64,000 bases of DNA from Bacteroidota bacterium (GTDB lineage: Bacteria > Bacteroidota > Bacteroidia > 2-12-FULL-35-15). The notes below the pieces were generated by a model. It made no database searches and was not told the origin of the DNA. It saw only the letters and a program-made list of their open reading frames with translations. Position 1 is the first letter of the stretch, and every line of letters begins with the position of its first letter. The stretch lies in NCBI GenBank assembly GCA_003151815.1, contig PLYN01000012.1, positions 183 to 64,182 of the forward strand, in the 5' to 3' direction. This document shows, in pieces, positions 48,953 to 60,621 of this stretch. The position numbers were made by a program, and so were the translations under genes.

Positions 48953-49507
48953 TTATTTACCAGCTGATTTACCAGCTTTTCTTCTTAATATCTCACCCGC
49001 AAACTTTATACCTTTACCTTTGTATGGTTCAGGTTTACGTAATGAACGGATTTTAGCAGAAACTGCACCAATCAACTGTTTATCTGCACACTCCAAAATA
49101 ATTGTAGGGTTTTTACCTTTTTCAGTAGTAGTGGTTACTTTAATTTCAGGAGGTAAATCAAAAGAAACGTTGTGAGAAAAACCTAGGGTTAATTCTAACA
49201 ATTGTCCTTTGTTTGCAGCACGAAAACCTACACCAACAAGCTCTTGTTCTGTTCTGTATCCTTCAGTCACTCCTTTAACCATGGAAGCGACTAACGCACG
49301 ATATAAACCATGCATTGCTTTGTGGCGTTTTTGTTCTGTTGCGCGAACGAAAATTAATTTACCCTCTTCATTTTTGAGCGTAATAGCAGCATCCATTTTT
49401 TGAGTTAAAGTACCTTTTGCACCTTTAACAGTCACTACATTTTTATCCGAAACATTAATCTCTACTCCTTTTGGAAGTGTGATTGGTAATTTACCTATTC
49501 TTGACAT
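48953..49507 (-). CDS. rplF: 50S ribosomal protein L6
   Basis: MSRIGKLPI and [11 protein letters not shown]. Confidence 0.99.
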   Translation of the reverse strand: MSRIGKLPITLPKGVEINVSDKNVVTVKGAKGTLTQKMDAAITLKNEEGKLIFVRATEQKRHKAMHGLYRALVASMVKGVTEGYRTEQELVGVGFRAANKGQLLELTLGFSHNVSFDLPPEIKVTTTTEKGKNPTIILECADKQLIGAVSAKIRSLRKPEPYKGKGIKFAGEILRRKAGKSAGK

Positions 49508-49591
49508 TTTATATAAGTTTTAAATTCTAAATTCTAAATCCTAAATTCCAAAATTGTTTTACTACAACTTGAAATTTATTATTTCGAATTT

Positions 49592-49987
49592 CTAATATAC
49601 ATAACACAATACTTCTCCACCCACCTTTTGAGACTTTGCTTCTTTGTCGGTCATTACACCTTTTGAAGTAGATATGATGGCAATACCCAAACCATTTAAA
49701 ACGCGAGGCAGTTTTTGTGATCCTGCATATTGCCTTAAACCGGGAGTACTGATTCTTGTTAAGTTTTTAATTGCCGATTGTTTACTTACCGGATGGTATT
49801 TCAAAGCAATTTTAATTGCGCCTTGAACTGTTGAATCTTCAAATTTGTAGCTTAAGATATAGCCTTTTTCAAATAGAATTTTTGTGATTTCCTTTTTTAA
49901 ATTAGAAGAAGGAATTTCTACGATTCTGTGGTTTGCTTTAATAGCATTTCTCACTCTTGTGAGGTAATCTGCAATGGTATCTGTCAT
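49592..49987 (-). CDS. rpsH: 30S ribosomal protein S8
   Basis: DTIADYLTRVRN, STPGLRQY and GGEVLCYVY. Confidence 0.99.
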   Translation of the reverse strand: MTDTIADYLTRVRNAIKANHRIVEIPSSNLKKEITKILFEKGYILSYKFEDSTVQGAIKIALKYHPVSKQSAIKNLTRISTPGLRQYAGSQKLPRVLNGLGIAIISTSKGVMTDKEAKSQKVGGEVLCYVY

Positions 49988-50065
49988 TTTATTTGGTTTT
50001 ATATGTTATCCCGCACGCAGGATAATTATACATTAATACTCTTTTTTAATTCTAACTGATAAATA

Positions 50066-50335
50066 CTACCAGCTAGATTTTGTGATTCCGGGAATCAAAC
50101 CGTCCAATGCCATTTCACGGAATGAATTACGTGAAATACCAAACTGACGCATGTAACCTCTCGGACGTCCTGTTAATTTACAACGATTTCGTTGGCGAGT
50201 CGGAGACGATGCTCTTGGAAGTTTTTGTAATCCAACAGAATCCCCTGCTGCTTTTAAAGCAGCTCTTCTATCAGCGTATAGGTCAGCAAGTCTTTTACGT
50301 TTAACTTCTCTTGCTTTCATTGATTCTTTTGCCAT
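50066..50335 (-). CDS. rpsN: 30S ribosomal protein S14 (Zn-free type)
   Basis: [10 protein letters not shown] and [12 protein letters not shown]. Confidence 0.99.
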   Translation of the reverse strand: MAKESMKAREVKRKRLADLYADRRAALKAAGDSVGLQKLPRASSPTRQRNRCKLTGRPRGYMRQFGISRNSFREMALDGLIPGITKSSW

Positions 50336-50338
50336 CGA

Positions 50339-50899
50339 CTATATTTTTTTTTGATTTTTAAATGGTAATCCAAATTCACTTAACAAAGCTAATGCCTCAC
50401 CATCACTATTAGTAGTGGTAACAAAAGTAATATCCATACCCATGATCTTGGTAACTTTATCAATATCTATTTCCGGGAAAATAATTTGTTCTGTTACACC
50501 TAAGGTATAATTTCCACTTCCGTCGAATCCTTTATCGTTGATTCCTCTGAAATCACGAATCCGCGGCAAAGCTACAGAAATTAATCGATCCAAAAACTCA
50601 TACATCTTATCTCCACGTAAAGTTACCCTTACGCCAATCGGAACTCCTTTACGAAGTTTGAAATTAGAAATATCTTTCTTTGAAATAGTTGCAACTGCCT
50701 TTTGACCGCTGATAGTAGTCATTTCCTTGATTGCACCTTCTATCAATTTTTTATCAGATACAGCATCTCCAACACCTTGATTAAGGCAGATCTTCTGTAA
50801 TTTTGGCACTTGCATTGAACTGCTGTAACCAAATTTTGTTTGCAAAGCAGGCACTACGTCTACTTTATACTTGTCTTTTAATCGTGGTGAATAAGTCAT
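50339..50899 (-). CDS. rplE: 50S ribosomal protein L5
   Basis: [12 protein letters not shown] and LPRIRDFRG. Confidence 0.99.
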   Translation of the reverse strand: MTYSPRLKDKYKVDVVPALQTKFGYSSSMQVPKLQKICLNQGVGDAVSDKKLIEGAIKEMTTISGQKAVATISKKDISNFKLRKGVPIGVRVTLRGDKMYEFLDRLISVALPRIRDFRGINDKGFDGSGNYTLGVTEQIIFPEIDIDKVTKIMGMDITFVTTTNSDGEALALLSEFGLPFKNQKKI

Positions 50900-51225
50900 T
50901 ATTTAATTACCTCCCCTGTTTTTTTTGAGTAACGTACTAGTTTGTTGCTTTTATCATCTAATTTACGACCAACACGAGTAGCTTTGCCGGTGCCTGGTTC
51001 GATTAACATTAGATTAGAAATATGAACTGAAGCTTCTTGCTTTACAATTCCGCCTTGTGGGTTTTTCGCGTTTGGTTTGGTATGTTTTGAAACCAAGTTA
51101 ACACCTTCAACAATAGCGCGACCTTTTACTCTATCTATTGAAAGAATAATGCCTACCTGACTTTTTGAATCTCCGGCAATGACCTGAACTGAATCGCCTT
51201 TTTTGATATGTAATTTTGTTTGCAT
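50899..51225 (-). CDS. rplX: 50S ribosomal protein L24
   Basis: [12 protein letters not shown] and EASVHISN. Confidence 0.99.
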   Translation of the reverse strand: MQTKLHIKKGDSVQVIAGDSKSQVGIILSIDRVKGRAIVEGVNLVSKHTKPNAKNPQGGIVKQEASVHISNLMLIEPGTGKATRVGRKLDDKSNKLVRYSKKTGEVIK

Positions 51226-51303
51226 TGTTATTATCTTTTTTCTTTTTGGCTAAAGCCAAATCATTCATTTAATTTTATTCCACGACCTAAACGTCATGGC
51301 TAT

Positions 51304-51672
51304 TTACAAAACTTCTGGAGCGAGTGAAATTATTTTCATAAATTGTTTATCTCTTAATTCACGGGCAACCGGTCCAAAAATACGTGTTCCTCTTAATTCA
51401 TCCGCGGCATTTAATAATACTACCGCATTATCATCAAAACGAATGTAAGAGCCATCTGCACGTCTAACTTCTTTTTTTGTTCTAACAACTACAGCTTTTG
51501 ATACAGCACCTTTTTTTATGTTACCTGATGGTAAGGCATGTTTAACTGTTACCACTACTTTATCTCCAATAGAAGCGTATCGTTTTTTTGTTCCGCCAAG
51601 CACGCGTATAACAAGCACTTCTTTTGCACCACTGTTATCTGCAACTAATAATCTTGATTCCTGTTGTACCAT
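51304..51672 (-). CDS. rplN: 50S ribosomal protein L14
   Basis: VADNSGAK and [11 protein letters not shown]. Confidence 0.99.
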   Translation of the reverse strand: MVQQESRLLVADNSGAKEVLVIRVLGGTKKRYASIGDKVVVTVKHALPSGNIKKGAVSKAVVVRTKKEVRRADGSYIRFDDNAVVLLNAADELRGTRIFGPVARELRDKQFMKIISLAPEVL

Positions 51673-51766
51673 TTTTTATATTAGATTTAAGATTTGAGAC
51701 TTGAGATTTGAGAATGAGAACTTTTTTATCTCCTATCTCAATACTAACATCTCACATCTATTTTTA

Positions 51767-52024
51767 TTATTTCACTTTTTCAACCACTTCAACTAATCTC
51801 CAGCATTTGTTTTTGCTGATAGGACGAGTTTCCATAATTTTAACCGTATCGCCTATGCTGCAAGTATTTGCTTCATCATGAGCAACAAACTTAGTCGTTT
51901 TTTTAAGGAATTTCCCGTATTTAGGGTGCTTCACTTTACGTTCTACTGCTACAACAATCGACTTATCCATTTTGTTACTGGTTACTAAGCCAACTTTTTC
52001 TTTTCTTAATTTTCTGTCTTCCAT
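51767..52024 (-). CDS. rpsQ: 30S ribosomal protein S17
   Basis: [16 protein letters not shown] and ETRPISK. Confidence 0.99.
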   Translation of the reverse strand: MEDRKLRKEKVGLVTSNKMDKSIVVAVERKVKHPKYGKFLKKTTKFVAHDEANTCSIGDTVKIMETRPISKNKCWRLVEVVEKVK

Positions 52025-52095
52025 TTTATTTAGATTTTAGACTTTAGATTTTAGATTTTAGATTGAGAAAAAATCTCACCTCTAATATCTCATAT

Positions 52096-52305
52096 CTATG
52101 ATCTATTTTTTGCTTCTGCTATTTCTCTAGTGCGAAGTTCGGTTTGCAATCTTGCTACTGTTTTTCTGCTGAAAGTAATTTTCAACGGATTTTCAATAGG
52201 CGATACTGCGTGATTCAACTTTAATTTAGCTAAAGTGCCTTTTTCTTCTTTCACACGATCACGAAGATCGCTGGTTGAAAGTTGTTTTATGTCTGCTTGT
52301 TTCAT
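52096..52305 (-). CDS. rpmC: 50S ribosomal protein L29
   Basis: Position between rplP and rpsQ; ENPL....RKTVARLQT. Confidence 0.97.
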   Translation of the reverse strand: MKQADIKQLSTSDLRDRVKEEKGTLAKLKLNHAVSPIENPLKITFSRKTVARLQTELRTREIAEAKNRS

Positions 52306-52359
52306 TTATTTTATTGAATTACCCCTTCGACTCCGCTCAGGGTGACAAATTATTATTTA

Positions 52360-52791
52360 TTATGCTACTACTTCAGAAACGTAATCTCTTTTTACAACAA
52401 ACTTAGTTGTCAAAGGTAATTTTTGTGCAGCTAAGCGTAATGCTTCTTTCGCTACTTCAACAGGAACACCTTCTGCTTCAAAAATAACACGTCCCGGTTT
52501 CACAACAGCTACCCAATATTCCGGAGCACCTTTACCTTTACCCATACGAACCTCTGCAGGTTTAGATGTGATAGGCTTATCAGGGAAAATACGAATCCAT
52601 ATTTGTCCTTCACGTTTCATGAAACGTGTTACCGCAACTCTGGCTGCTTCAATTTGACGGGCTGTTACCCAGCATCCTTCAGTTGCCTTGAGTCCAAATG
52701 AACCGAATGAAAGTTGGTCGCCACGCTTCGCGTTGCCTTTCATTTTCATTTTGTGCATTTTTCTATACTTGGTTCTTTTAGGCTGTAACAT
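52360..52791 (-). CDS. rplP: 50S ribosomal protein L16
   Basis: [11 protein letters not shown] and EVRMGKGKG. Confidence 0.99.
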   Translation of the reverse strand: MLQPKRTKYRKMHKMKMKGNAKRGDQLSFGSFGLKATEGCWVTARQIEAARVAVTRFMKREGQIWIRIFPDKPITSKPAEVRMGKGKGAPEYWVAVVKPGRVIFEAEGVPVEVAKEALRLAAQKLPLTTKFVVKRDYVSEVVA

Positions 52792-52835
52792 TATGTTTTA
52801 TTTATTAAATATCAATTAAACCGTTTTATTATCTA

Positions 52836-53609
52836 TTAAGATTTTCTAAAATCTCTTTTGTCTTTACGTGGTGCTCCTTTTGGAAATTTTGGTGCTCCAC
52901 TTCCACCAAATGAAGGCGCTCCTTTTTTATCTTTCGAACCTGCACCAGCTGCTGCTGCTCCAACATTCGGAGATAAATCACGTTTACCATAAATTTCGCC
53001 TTTGCATATCCAAACTTTTACACCGATACGGCCGTAAGTTGTATGTGCTTCACCTAATGCGTAATCAATATCAGCACGTAATGTATGCAATGGAGTACGA
53101 CCTTCTTTATAACCTTCCACACGTGCCATTTCAGCACCAGCCAAACGACCAGAACATTTTACTTTAATACCTTCAGCACCCATACGCATCGTTGACGCTA
53201 CAGCCATTTTCACAGCTCTACGAAAAGAGATACGACCTTCAATCTGACGAGCAATGCTATCTGCAACTAAACGAGCATCTAACTCCGGACGTTTAATTTC
53301 AAATATATTGATTTGAATATCCTTGCTGGTTATTTTTTTCAACTCTTCTTTAATTTTATCAACCTCTTGACCGCCTTTACCAATAATAATTCCAGGACGG
53401 GAAGTATTAATTGTAACAGTAATAATTTTCACTGTTCTTTCGATCACAATTTTAGAAATGCTAGCTTTCGCTAAACGTGCTTTCAAATATGTTCTGATCT
53501 TATGATCTTCAACTAATTTGTCAGAAAAATTTTTCCCACCATACCAGTTTGAATCCCATCCTTTAATGATGCCTAAACGTAAGCCTATTGGATTTGCTTT
53601 TTGTCCCAT
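52836..53609 (-). CDS. rpsC: 30S ribosomal protein S3
   Basis: [13 protein letters not shown] and [10 protein letters not shown]. Confidence 0.99.
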   Translation of the reverse strand: MGQKANPIGLRLGIIKGWDSNWYGGKNFSDKLVEDHKIRTYLKARLAKASISKIVIERTVKIITVTINTSRPGIIIGKGGQEVDKIKEELKKITSKDIQINIFEIKRPELDARLVADSIARQIEGRISFRRAVKMAVASTMRMGAEGIKVKCSGRLAGAEMARVEGYKEGRTPLHTLRADIDYALGEAHTTYGRIGVKVWICKGEIYGKRDLSPNVGAAAAGAGSKDKKGAPSFGGSGAPKFPKGAPRKDKRDFRKS

Positions 53610-53622
53610 TGAAAATTATATA

Positions 53623-54057
53623 TTATTTAGTTTCTTCTTTTACTACTTTTTCCTTTTTTTCTTTTTCAACTTTGCTATCCACAACAATTGTTACGTGGTT
53701 AGAACGTTTTCTGATTCTGTTCGCACGACCTTGTGGAGCAGTTCTTAAACGTTTCATTTGAAGAGCGCTGTCAACAAAGATTTCTTTAACAACTAAGTTG
53801 CTGTCTTCAGGACGTTGTCCTGTTTTTGCTTCGTAGTTAGAGATCGCTGAAGTAAGCAATTTTTCTAATCTTCCAGATGCTTCTTTCGGATTGAATTTTA
53901 AAATATTCAATGCCATATATACTTCTTTACCTCTGATAAGATCAGCAAGTAATCTCATTTTACGAGGAGACGTAGGACAATTTTTCAATACAGCAAAATA
54001 TCTGCTTTTGTTTGCCTCTTTTTTTGCGTCCGCTGCGGTTTGTTTTCTAACACCCAT
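53623..54057 (-). CDS. rplV: 50S ribosomal protein L22
   Basis: [14 protein letters not shown] and [14 protein letters not shown]. Start corrected to MGVRK at 54057. Confidence 0.98.
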   Translation of the reverse strand: MGVRKQTAADAKKEANKSRYFAVLKNCPTSPRKMRLLADLIRGKEVYMALNILKFNPKEASGRLEKLLTSAISNYEAKTGQRPEDSNLVVKEIFVDSALQMKRLRTAPQGRANRIRKRSNHVTIVVDSKVEKEKKEKVVKEETK

Positions 54058-54138
54058 TTTATTTGAATTTTGAGATTTGAGATTTAAGATTTGAGATTTT
54101 TTATCTCTTGTCTGATATCTCAACTCTAATATCTATAT

Positions 54139-54417
54139 TTATTTTTTAGCCTTGTCTTTATTTCCTGAGTGACCTCTGAACGTTCTGGTTGGAGAAAACT
54201 CACCGAATTTATGACCTACCATATTTTCTGTAATGTATACAGGAATAAATTTTTTACCGTTGTGAACCGCTACTGTTAATCCTACGAATTCAGGAGAAAC
54301 CATTGATCTGCGTGACCATGTTTTAATTACTGTTTTTTTTCCTGTTGCTTGTAAGTCGAGTAATTTTTTCTCCAACTTCCAGTCGATAAAAGGACCTTTT
54401 TTTAATGATCTTGACAT
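54139..54417 (-). CDS. rpsS: 30S ribosomal protein S19
   Basis: [10 protein letters not shown] and MVGHKFGEF. Confidence 0.99.
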   Translation of the reverse strand: MSRSLKKGPFIDWKLEKKLLDLQATGKKTVIKTWSRRSMVSPEFVGLTVAVHNGKKFIPVYITENMVGHKFGEFSPTRTFRGHSGNKDKAKK

Positions 54418-54474
54418 TTCTTATTGTTTTTTAGTTGTGAATCCCGGATGTCCGCGACCATTAAACTTATTTAA

Positions 54475-55299
54475 TTATTTTTTTCTACTTGCGATAATGT
54501 ATTTGTTAGAAGCTTTCTTAGGGTAACGTGTTTTGTACCCTTTAGAAGGAATTCCTTTGCGTGAGCGAGGGTGACCACCAGATGCTCTACCTTCACCACC
54601 ACCCATTGGATGATCCACAGGATTCATAACAACCGGACGAGTTCTCGGTCTGCGACCTTGCCAACGAGAACGACCTGCTTTACCACTTATCTCTAAATTA
54701 TGATCAGGATTTGAAACGGTACCAATAGTAGCCATACAAGTAATTAATATCATACGAGTTTCGCCTGAAGGCATTTTGATAACAGCGTATTTACCATCTC
54801 TTGCATTTAATTGTGCTGATGAACCAGCGCTACGTGCCATAACAGCACCTTGCCCCGGACGTAATTCAATGTTGTGAATTGCGGTTCCCAATGGAATGTC
54901 AGCTAAAAATAATGTATTTCCTATTTCTGGAGTTGCGTCTTTACCTGAAAGAATTTTTTGCCCTACTTGTAATCCGTTTGGAGCAACGATATAACGTTTT
55001 TCACCATCCGTATAAACCACTAAAGCAATACGTGCAGTACGATTTGGATCGTACTCAATTGTTTTAACCGTTGCAGGAACACCGGTTTTTTCTCTTTTAA
55101 AATCAATGATACGGTATTGTTGCTTGTGACCACCGCCGATATAGCGCATTGTCATTTTACCTGTGTTATCACGTCCACCCGATTTTTTTACCGGCACCAA
55201 TAAACTTTTTTCAGGTTTACCGTGAGTAATATCGTCGTTATCACTAACTAATTTAAAACGTTGCCCTGGGGTTAAGGGTCTGAATTTCTTTAAAGCCAT
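54475..55299 (-). CDS. rplB: 50S ribosomal protein L2
   Basis: [11 protein letters not shown] and [13 protein letters not shown]. Confidence 0.99.
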   Translation of the reverse strand: MALKKFRPLTPGQRFKLVSDNDDITHGKPEKSLLVPVKKSGGRDNTGKMTMRYIGGGHKQQYRIIDFKREKTGVPATVKTIEYDPNRTARIALVVYTDGEKRYIVAPNGLQVGQKILSGKDATPEIGNTLFLADIPLGTAIHNIELRPGQGAVMARSAGSSAQLNARDGKYAVIKMPSGETRMILITCMATIGTVSNPDHNLEISGKAGRSRWQGRRPRTRPVVMNPVDHPMGGGEGRASGGHPRSRKGIPSKGYKTRYPKKASNKYIIASRKK

Positions 55300-55433
55300 C
55301 TCAGTTTATTTTATTATCACCCCGACTGCTCGGGGTATAGTTACTTTTATTCTTGCGTCCCATAATCGGGATTCTAATCTTATAAACACAGATTGGAAAT
55401 CTATGTTACTTCACAGTTAAAAACCTATATTAC

Positions 55434-55724
55434 TTAAATGCTTGCGTAAAAATCAATCGTTTCGCCAGCTTTAAGAGTAATGATAGCTCTCTTATGTTTG
55501 TTAACTCTACCAATTGCAATTCCTTTAGTAGTGTTACGGGTTTTTACTTTACCAACATAATTTTGTGTGTTTACAGAATCAACTGTAACGCTGTACATTT
55601 TTTCAACAGCATTTTTTATTTGCACTTTGTTAGCATTACTATCTACCACAAAACCATAGCGATTAAATTTATCACCTTGGGATGTCATTTTTTCGGTTAT
55701 AACCGGTTTGTTTATGATGCTCAT
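55434..55724 (-). CDS. rplW: 50S ribosomal protein L23
   Basis: KPVITEK, ANKVQIK and KRAIITL. Confidence 0.99.
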   Translation of the reverse strand: MSIINKPVITEKMTSQGDKFNRYGFVVDSNANKVQIKNAVEKMYSVTVDSVNTQNYVGKVKTRNTTKGIAIGRVNKHKRAIITLKAGETIDFYASI

Positions 55725-55729
55725 TTTAT

Positions 55730-56359
55730 TTAATTGCTTAATAATTTTTCAATTTCTTTCACCGAACTCTCAACAAGTAAAAGATTATTTGCGTTCAAAA
55801 TATCGTAAGTGTTTAAATCCGAAGCAGTTACCACTTTTGCGTTGGTTAAATTTCGGGAGGACAAATATATGTTTTTATTTGATTCGCCCAACACTAATAA
55901 GGTTTTTTTATCTGAAAGCATTAAATTATTAATCAAATCAGCATATTTCTGTGTTTTAGGAGAATCGAAAATGAAATCTTCCAAAATAGTTATATTGCTG
56001 TCTTTTGCTTTATAAGTTAAAGCTGACATACGAGCCAAACGCTTTAATTTTTTGTTCAATTTAAACGAGTAGTCTCTGGGGCGCGGACCGAAAGCTCTAC
56101 CTCCACCAACTCTGGTAGGAGATTTGTCATTACCCACACGAGCACCACCAGTACCTTTTTGTTTCTTTATTTTTTTAGATGAACCACGTATTTCAGCTCT
56201 TTCTTTCGATTTGTGAGTTCCCTGACGTTTATTTGCTAAATGTTGTTTAACATCCAAATAAATGGCATGGTCATTTGGGTCGATGCCAAAGATCGCATCG
56301 TTTAGGCTTACTTTCTTTGAAGTAGCTTTACCGCTTATATTTAATACTGATACTTCCAT
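55730..56359 (-). CDS. rplD: 50S ribosomal protein L4
   Basis: [19 protein letters not shown] and FGPRPRDY. Start placed at MEVSVL. Confidence 0.99.
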   Translation of the reverse strand: MEVSVLNISGKATSKKVSLNDAIFGIDPNDHAIYLDVKQHLANKRQGTHKSKERAEIRGSSKKIKKQKGTGGARVGNDKSPTRVGGGRAFGPRPRDYSFKLNKKLKRLARMSALTYKAKDSNITILEDFIFDSPKTQKYADLINNLMLSDKKTLLVLGESNKNIYLSSRNLTNAKVVTASDLNTYDILNANNLLLVESSVKEIEKLLSN

Positions 56360-56360
56360 T

Positions 56361-56978
56361 TTATTTTTCAATTGTAACGTATGAACCTTTTGCTCCTGCT
56401 ATTGAACCTTTAACGATAATAAGGTTTTTCTCAGCGATCACTTTTAATACTTCCAAGTTTTGGATCTTTACACTGTCTCCGCCCATTCTACCACCCATTC
56501 TCATTCCTTTGAATACGCGGGAAGGCCATGAAGAAGCTCCTAATGATCCTGGTGCACGAGCACGATCATGTTGACCGTGAGTACTTCCACCAACACCGGA
56601 AAATCCGTGACGCTTAACAACTCCTTGAAAACCTTTTCCTTTAGAAGTTCCTGCAACATCAATGAAATCACCTTCAGCGAATACTTCCACTGTAACAATT
56701 TCACCAAGAGTTTTCTCAGTATTGAATTTTTTGAATTCAACGATTTTACGTTTAGGAGTAGTAGCAGCTTTAGCAAAATGACCTTTCATCGCAGAAGAAG
56801 TATTTTTTTCTTTCTTCTCATCATACGCTAACTGAACTGAAACATATCCGTCTTTTTCTAAGGTTTTTACTTGCGTAACCACGCAAGGACCAGCTTCAAT
56901 AACTGTGCATGGTATATATTTACCATTGGCACTGAAGATACTGGTCATTCCAACTTTTTTACCTATTATTCCAGACAT
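56361..56978 (-). CDS. rplC: 50S ribosomal protein L3
   Basis: [15 protein letters not shown] and [10 protein letters not shown]. Confidence 0.99.
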   Translation of the reverse strand: MSGIIGKKVGMTSIFSANGKYIPCTVIEAGPCVVTQVKTLEKDGYVSVQLAYDEKKEKNTSSAMKGHFAKAATTPKRKIVEFKKFNTEKTLGEIVTVEVFAEGDFIDVAGTSKGKGFQGVVKRHGFSGVGGSTHGQHDRARAPGSLGASSWPSRVFKGMRMGGRMGGDSVKIQNLEVLKVIAEKNLIIVKGSIAGAKGSYVTIEK

Positions 56979-57007
56979 TTTATTATTTATTATTTATTTA
57001 CTTTTTA

Positions 57008-57316
57008 TTATGATGCTTTGATTTCAACCTCTACTCCACTTGGTAATTCAAGTTTCATTAGTGCGTCAACTGTTTTTGAAGTTGAGTTATAAATGTCCAA
57101 CAATCTTTTGTAAGAACATAATTGAAATTGCTCACGTGCTTTTTTGTTAACGTGTGGTGAACGTAAAACGGTATATATTTTTTTGTGAGTTGGCAATGGA
57201 ATTGGTCCACTAACAACAGCACCCGTTAATTTCACAGTTTTAACAATTTTCTCAGCAGACTTGTCAACTAAGTTGAAGTCGTAAGATTTTAATTTGATTC
57301 TGATTTTTTGGCTCAT
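57008..57316 (-). CDS. rpsJ: 30S ribosomal protein S10
   Basis: [10 protein letters not shown] and [13 protein letters not shown]. Confidence 0.99.
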   Translation of the reverse strand: MSQKIRIKLKSYDFNLVDKSAEKIVKTVKLTGAVVSGPIPLPTHKKIYTVLRSPHVNKKAREQFQLCSYKRLLDIYNSTSKTVDALMKLELPSGVEVEIKAS

Positions 57317-57344
57317 AGTTGTATATAAAGAACGTTGTTAATAA

Positions 57345-59465
57345 TTATACTTTTTCTGCTTTACCTTTTGCTTTTGCTATAACCTCATCAGAAGTATTTC
57401 TTGGTGCTTCTGCATAATGTGAAAATTCCATTGTAGATGTTGCACGTCCGGAAGTGATGGTACGCAATGTTGTCACATAACCGAACATTTCAGACAAAGG
57501 CACTTTTGCTTTGATAACCTGGGAACCGGCTCTTGTATCCATCCCTTCGATCATCCCTCTGCGTTTATTTAGATCGCCTACCACATCACCCATATTTTGC
57601 TCTGGAGTAAGAACTTCTACTTTCATAATTGGCTCTAATAATACCGGTTTTGCTTTTGGCAATGCTTCACGGAAAGCGGCACGTGCACAAATTTCAAAAG
57701 ACAATGCATCTGAATCGACGTTATGATATGAACCATCTAATAATCTTACTTTTAATGTATCTACAGGATAACCTGCCAATACACCATTTACCATTGCTGA
57801 TCTGAATCCTTTTTCAACAGCCGGAATAAATTCGCGAGGAATATTACCACCGGAAATTTCATTTACGAATTGTAAACCACCCGCTTTTGTTGTTGTATCG
57901 AAATCTGCATCAACAGGAGAAATAACAACTTGTATATCGGCAAACTTACCGCGACCACCGGATTGTTTTTTGTAAACTTCGCGGTGTTGAACAGTAGCAT
58001 TAATTGTTTCTTTGTATGAAACCTGAGGAGGACCTTGGTTCACCTCTACTTTAAATTCTCTTCTTAAACGATCAACAATGATCTCTAAGTGAAGCTCACC
58101 CATACCACTAATAATGGTTTGCCCACTTTCTTGATCCGTTTTAACACGAAAGGTTGGATCTTCTTCAGCTAATTTAGCTAAACCATTACCTAATCTGTCC
58201 AAGTCACCTTGAGTTTTAGGCTCAATAGCAACACCGATAACCGGCTCAGGGAAATTCATTGACTCAAGAACGATCGGATTTTTTTCATCACAAAGCGTAT
58301 CTCCTGTTTTAATATCTTTAAATCCAACAGCTGCTCCAATGTCACCTGCTTCAATAAAATCAATTGAATTTTGTTTGTTAGCATGCATTTGGAAGATACG
58401 TGAAATACGTTCTTTACTGCCGCTACGGGTATTATACACATAAGAACCTGCATCTAAACGACCCGCATACACACGGAAGAAACACAAACGACCAACAAAA
58501 GGGTCTGTTGCAATTTTAAATGCTAAAGCAGTAAATGGTTCTTTGACGTCAGGTTTACGAGAAATTTCTTCGCCGGTATCAGGATGAGTACCTTTTGTGC
58601 TTTCTTTATCCATTGGACTTGGCATCAATTCCATAACCAAGTCTAACATAGTTTGTACACCTTTGTTTTTGAAGGCTGATCCGCAAACCATAGGAACAAT
58701 TTTATTAGCGATACACGCCTTTCGAAGAGCAGTTAAAATTTCCAATTCAGTAATTGAATTTGGATCTTCGAAAAATTTCTCCATGATAGCATCATCGAAC
58801 TCAGAGATAGCTTCCAACAATTTTTCTCTCCACTCTTTTGCTTCATCCAACATATCTGCAGGAATAGGAACTTCTTTAAACGTCATTCCTTGATCATGCT
58901 CATTCCATTCAATTCCTCTAAAATTAATTAAATCAACAACGCCGGTAAATGTTTCTTCAGCACCAATCGGCAATTGTAAAGGAATCGGATTTCCACCCAA
59001 TACTTCTTTTACTTGCGCAACCACTTTTAAGAAGTCGGCACCTGAACGATCCATTTTATTTACGAAACCGATACGGGTTACGTTATAGTTATTTGCCAAT
59101 CTCCAGTTTGTTTCTGATTGAGGCTCAACACCGTCAACCGCAGAAAACAAAAATACCAAACCATCAAGAATACGCAATGAACGGTTTACCTCAACAGTAA
59201 AATCAACGTGTCCGGGAGTATCAATAATATTTACTTTGTATTGTTCTCCTTTGTATTTCCAGAAACAAGTAGTGGCAGCAGAAGTGATTGTTATACCACG
59301 CTCTTGCTCTTGTACCATCCAATCCATTGTAGCTGCACCATCATGTACTTCACCAATTTTGTGATTTACACCTGTGTAATAAAGAATACGCTCTGTACAG
59401 GTAGTTTTACCTGCATCGATGTGAGCTGCAATTCCAATGTTTCTCGTATATCTTAAATCTGCCAT
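57345..59465 (-). CDS. fusA: Elongation factor G
   Basis: [27 protein letters not shown] and GMGELHL. Confidence 0.99.
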   Translation of the reverse strand: MADLRYTRNIGIAAHIDAGKTTCTERILYYTGVNHKIGEVHDGAATMDWMVQEQERGITITSAATTCFWKYKGEQYKVNIIDTPGHVDFTVEVNRSLRILDGLVFLFSAVDGVEPQSETNWRLANNYNVTRIGFVNKMDRSGADFLKVVAQVKEVLGGNPIPLQLPIGAEETFTGVVDLINFRGIEWNEHDQGMTFKEVPIPADMLDEAKEWREKLLEAISEFDDAIMEKFFEDPNSITELEILTALRKACIANKIVPMVCGSAFKNKGVQTMLDLVMELMPSPMDKESTKGTHPDTGEEISRKPDVKEPFTALAFKIATDPFVGRLCFFRVYAGRLDAGSYVYNTRSGSKERISRIFQMHANKQNSIDFIEAGDIGAAVGFKDIKTGDTLCDEKNPIVLESMNFPEPVIGVAIEPKTQGDLDRLGNGLAKLAEEDPTFRVKTDQESGQTIISGMGELHLEIIVDRLRREFKVEVNQGPPQVSYKETINATVQHREVYKKQSGGRGKFADIQVVISPVDADFDTTTKAGGLQFVNEISGGNIPREFIPAVEKGFRSAMVNGVLAGYPVDTLKVRLLDGSYHNVDSDALSFEICARAAFREALPKAKPVLLEPIMKVEVLTPEQNMGDVVGDLNKRRGMIEGMDTRAGSQVIKAKVPLSEMFGYVTTLRTITSGRATSTMEFSHYAEAPRNTSDEVIAKAKGKAEKV

Positions 59466-59594
59466 TTTATTTCTATTTCGGATTGCGGATTGTTGATTTC
59501 GGATTATATGCCTAATCGTTTCCTTAAGCCATTATTTTTTTAAAATTCGCAATTGCAAATTCGCAATCCGCATTTATTGTAATCTTAATATTTA

Positions 59595-60062
59595 CTAGAA
59601 TCTGAAATGTGAAAATGCTTTGTTCGCTTCCGCCATTTTATGAACATCTTCTTTCTTCTTAAAAGCTGCACCTTCTTCTTTTGCTGCTGCGATTATCTCT
59701 CCCGCCAATTTACTGCTCATTGATTTTTCATTTCTCTTACGAGCATACAAGATCATCCATTTGATACCCATTGACGTTTTTCTCTCCGGACGAATTTCAC
59801 TTGGGATTTGAAAAGTAGCTCCACCAACTCTACGGCTACGAACCTCAACAGCAGGTGTGATATTACTCAATGCTTTTTTAAACATTTCAAGTCCGTCTTG
59901 TTCGGTTCTTTTTTGAATGATTTCTATCGCATCATAAAATACATCATATGATGTGCTTTTTTTACCATCGTACATCAAGTTGTTTACAAAACGTGTTACT
60001 AACACATCGTTAAACTTAGGGTCAGGTAAAAGAATTCTCTTTTTTGCTTTACTTTTTCTCAT
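59595..60062 (-). CDS. rpsG: 30S ribosomal protein S7
   Basis: RRVGGATFQ and [13 protein letters not shown]. Confidence 0.99.
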   Translation of the reverse strand: MRKSKAKKRILLPDPKFNDVLVTRFVNNLMYDGKKSTSYDVFYDAIEIIQKRTEQDGLEMFKKALSNITPAVEVRSRRVGGATFQIPSEIRPERKTSMGIKWMILYARKRNEKSMSSKLAGEIIAAAKEEGAAFKKKEDVHKMAEANKAFSHFRF

Positions 60063-60132
60063 TGTGGCAACTAATTACGAATTTTAAACGAATTACGCCC
60101 CTCGACTCCGCTCGGGGTGACATTGATATTAT

Positions 60133-60546
60133 TTATTTCTTCTTTGCCGGAGCTGCTGCAGCGCCTTTAGCTCCAGGTTTCGGTTTTTTAGTTCCGTATT
60201 TTGAACGTCTTTGATTACGACCGGCAACGCCTGAGGTATCTAATGCACCACGTACAATGTGGTAACGAACGCCGGGTAGATCTTTTACCCTTCCACCACG
60301 GATCAAAACTATAGAGTGTTCCTGCAAGTTATGTCCTTCACCAGGAATATAAGCATTCACTTCCTTTTTGTTAGTTAAACGAACACGGGCAACTTTTCTC
60401 ATTGCAGAATTCGGTTTTTTGGGTGTGGTAGTATAAACACGAGTACAAACTCCACGTTTTTGTGGACATGAATCAAGTGCTGCAGACTTGCTTTTGTTTG
60501 CTGCTTTTACTCTTCCTTTACGCACTAATTGTGATATAGTAGGCAT
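60133..60546 (-). CDS. rpsL: 30S ribosomal protein S12
   Basis: [20 protein letters not shown] and VKDLPGVRY. Confidence 0.99.
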   Translation of the reverse strand: MPTISQLVRKGRVKAANKSKSAALDSCPQKRGVCTRVYTTTPKKPNSAMRKVARVRLTNKKEVNAYIPGEGHNLQEHSIVLIRGGRVKDLPGVRYHIVRGALDTSGVAGRNQRRSKYGTKKPKPGAKGAAAAPAKKK

Positions 60547-60613
60547 TTTTTCGTTATTAAATTTCTATCGTTTTTAAACTAAAATTAAATAAACCCCGTC
60601 TTTTTAGGGAGGG

Positions 60614-60621
60614 CAAAGGTA
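60614..60621 (-). promoter_or_regulatory. -7 promoter box of the str-S10 cluster
   Basis: Minus strand TACCTTTG, about 70 nt upstream of rpsL. Confidence 0.7.

Noticed and set aside
44538-50335. Zn-free L36 and S14 in the main operon
   Set aside because: Usual for Bacteroidota, and not a sign of paralogue replacement.
41741-54123. Extended N-termini for RplQ, RpmD and RplV in the ORF track
   Set aside because: They begin at GTG/TTG inside heptamer arrays; canonical ATG starts with A-rich context exist downstream.
57317-57344. Absence of tuf between fusA and rpsJ
   Set aside because: This is the normal Bacteroidota arrangement.
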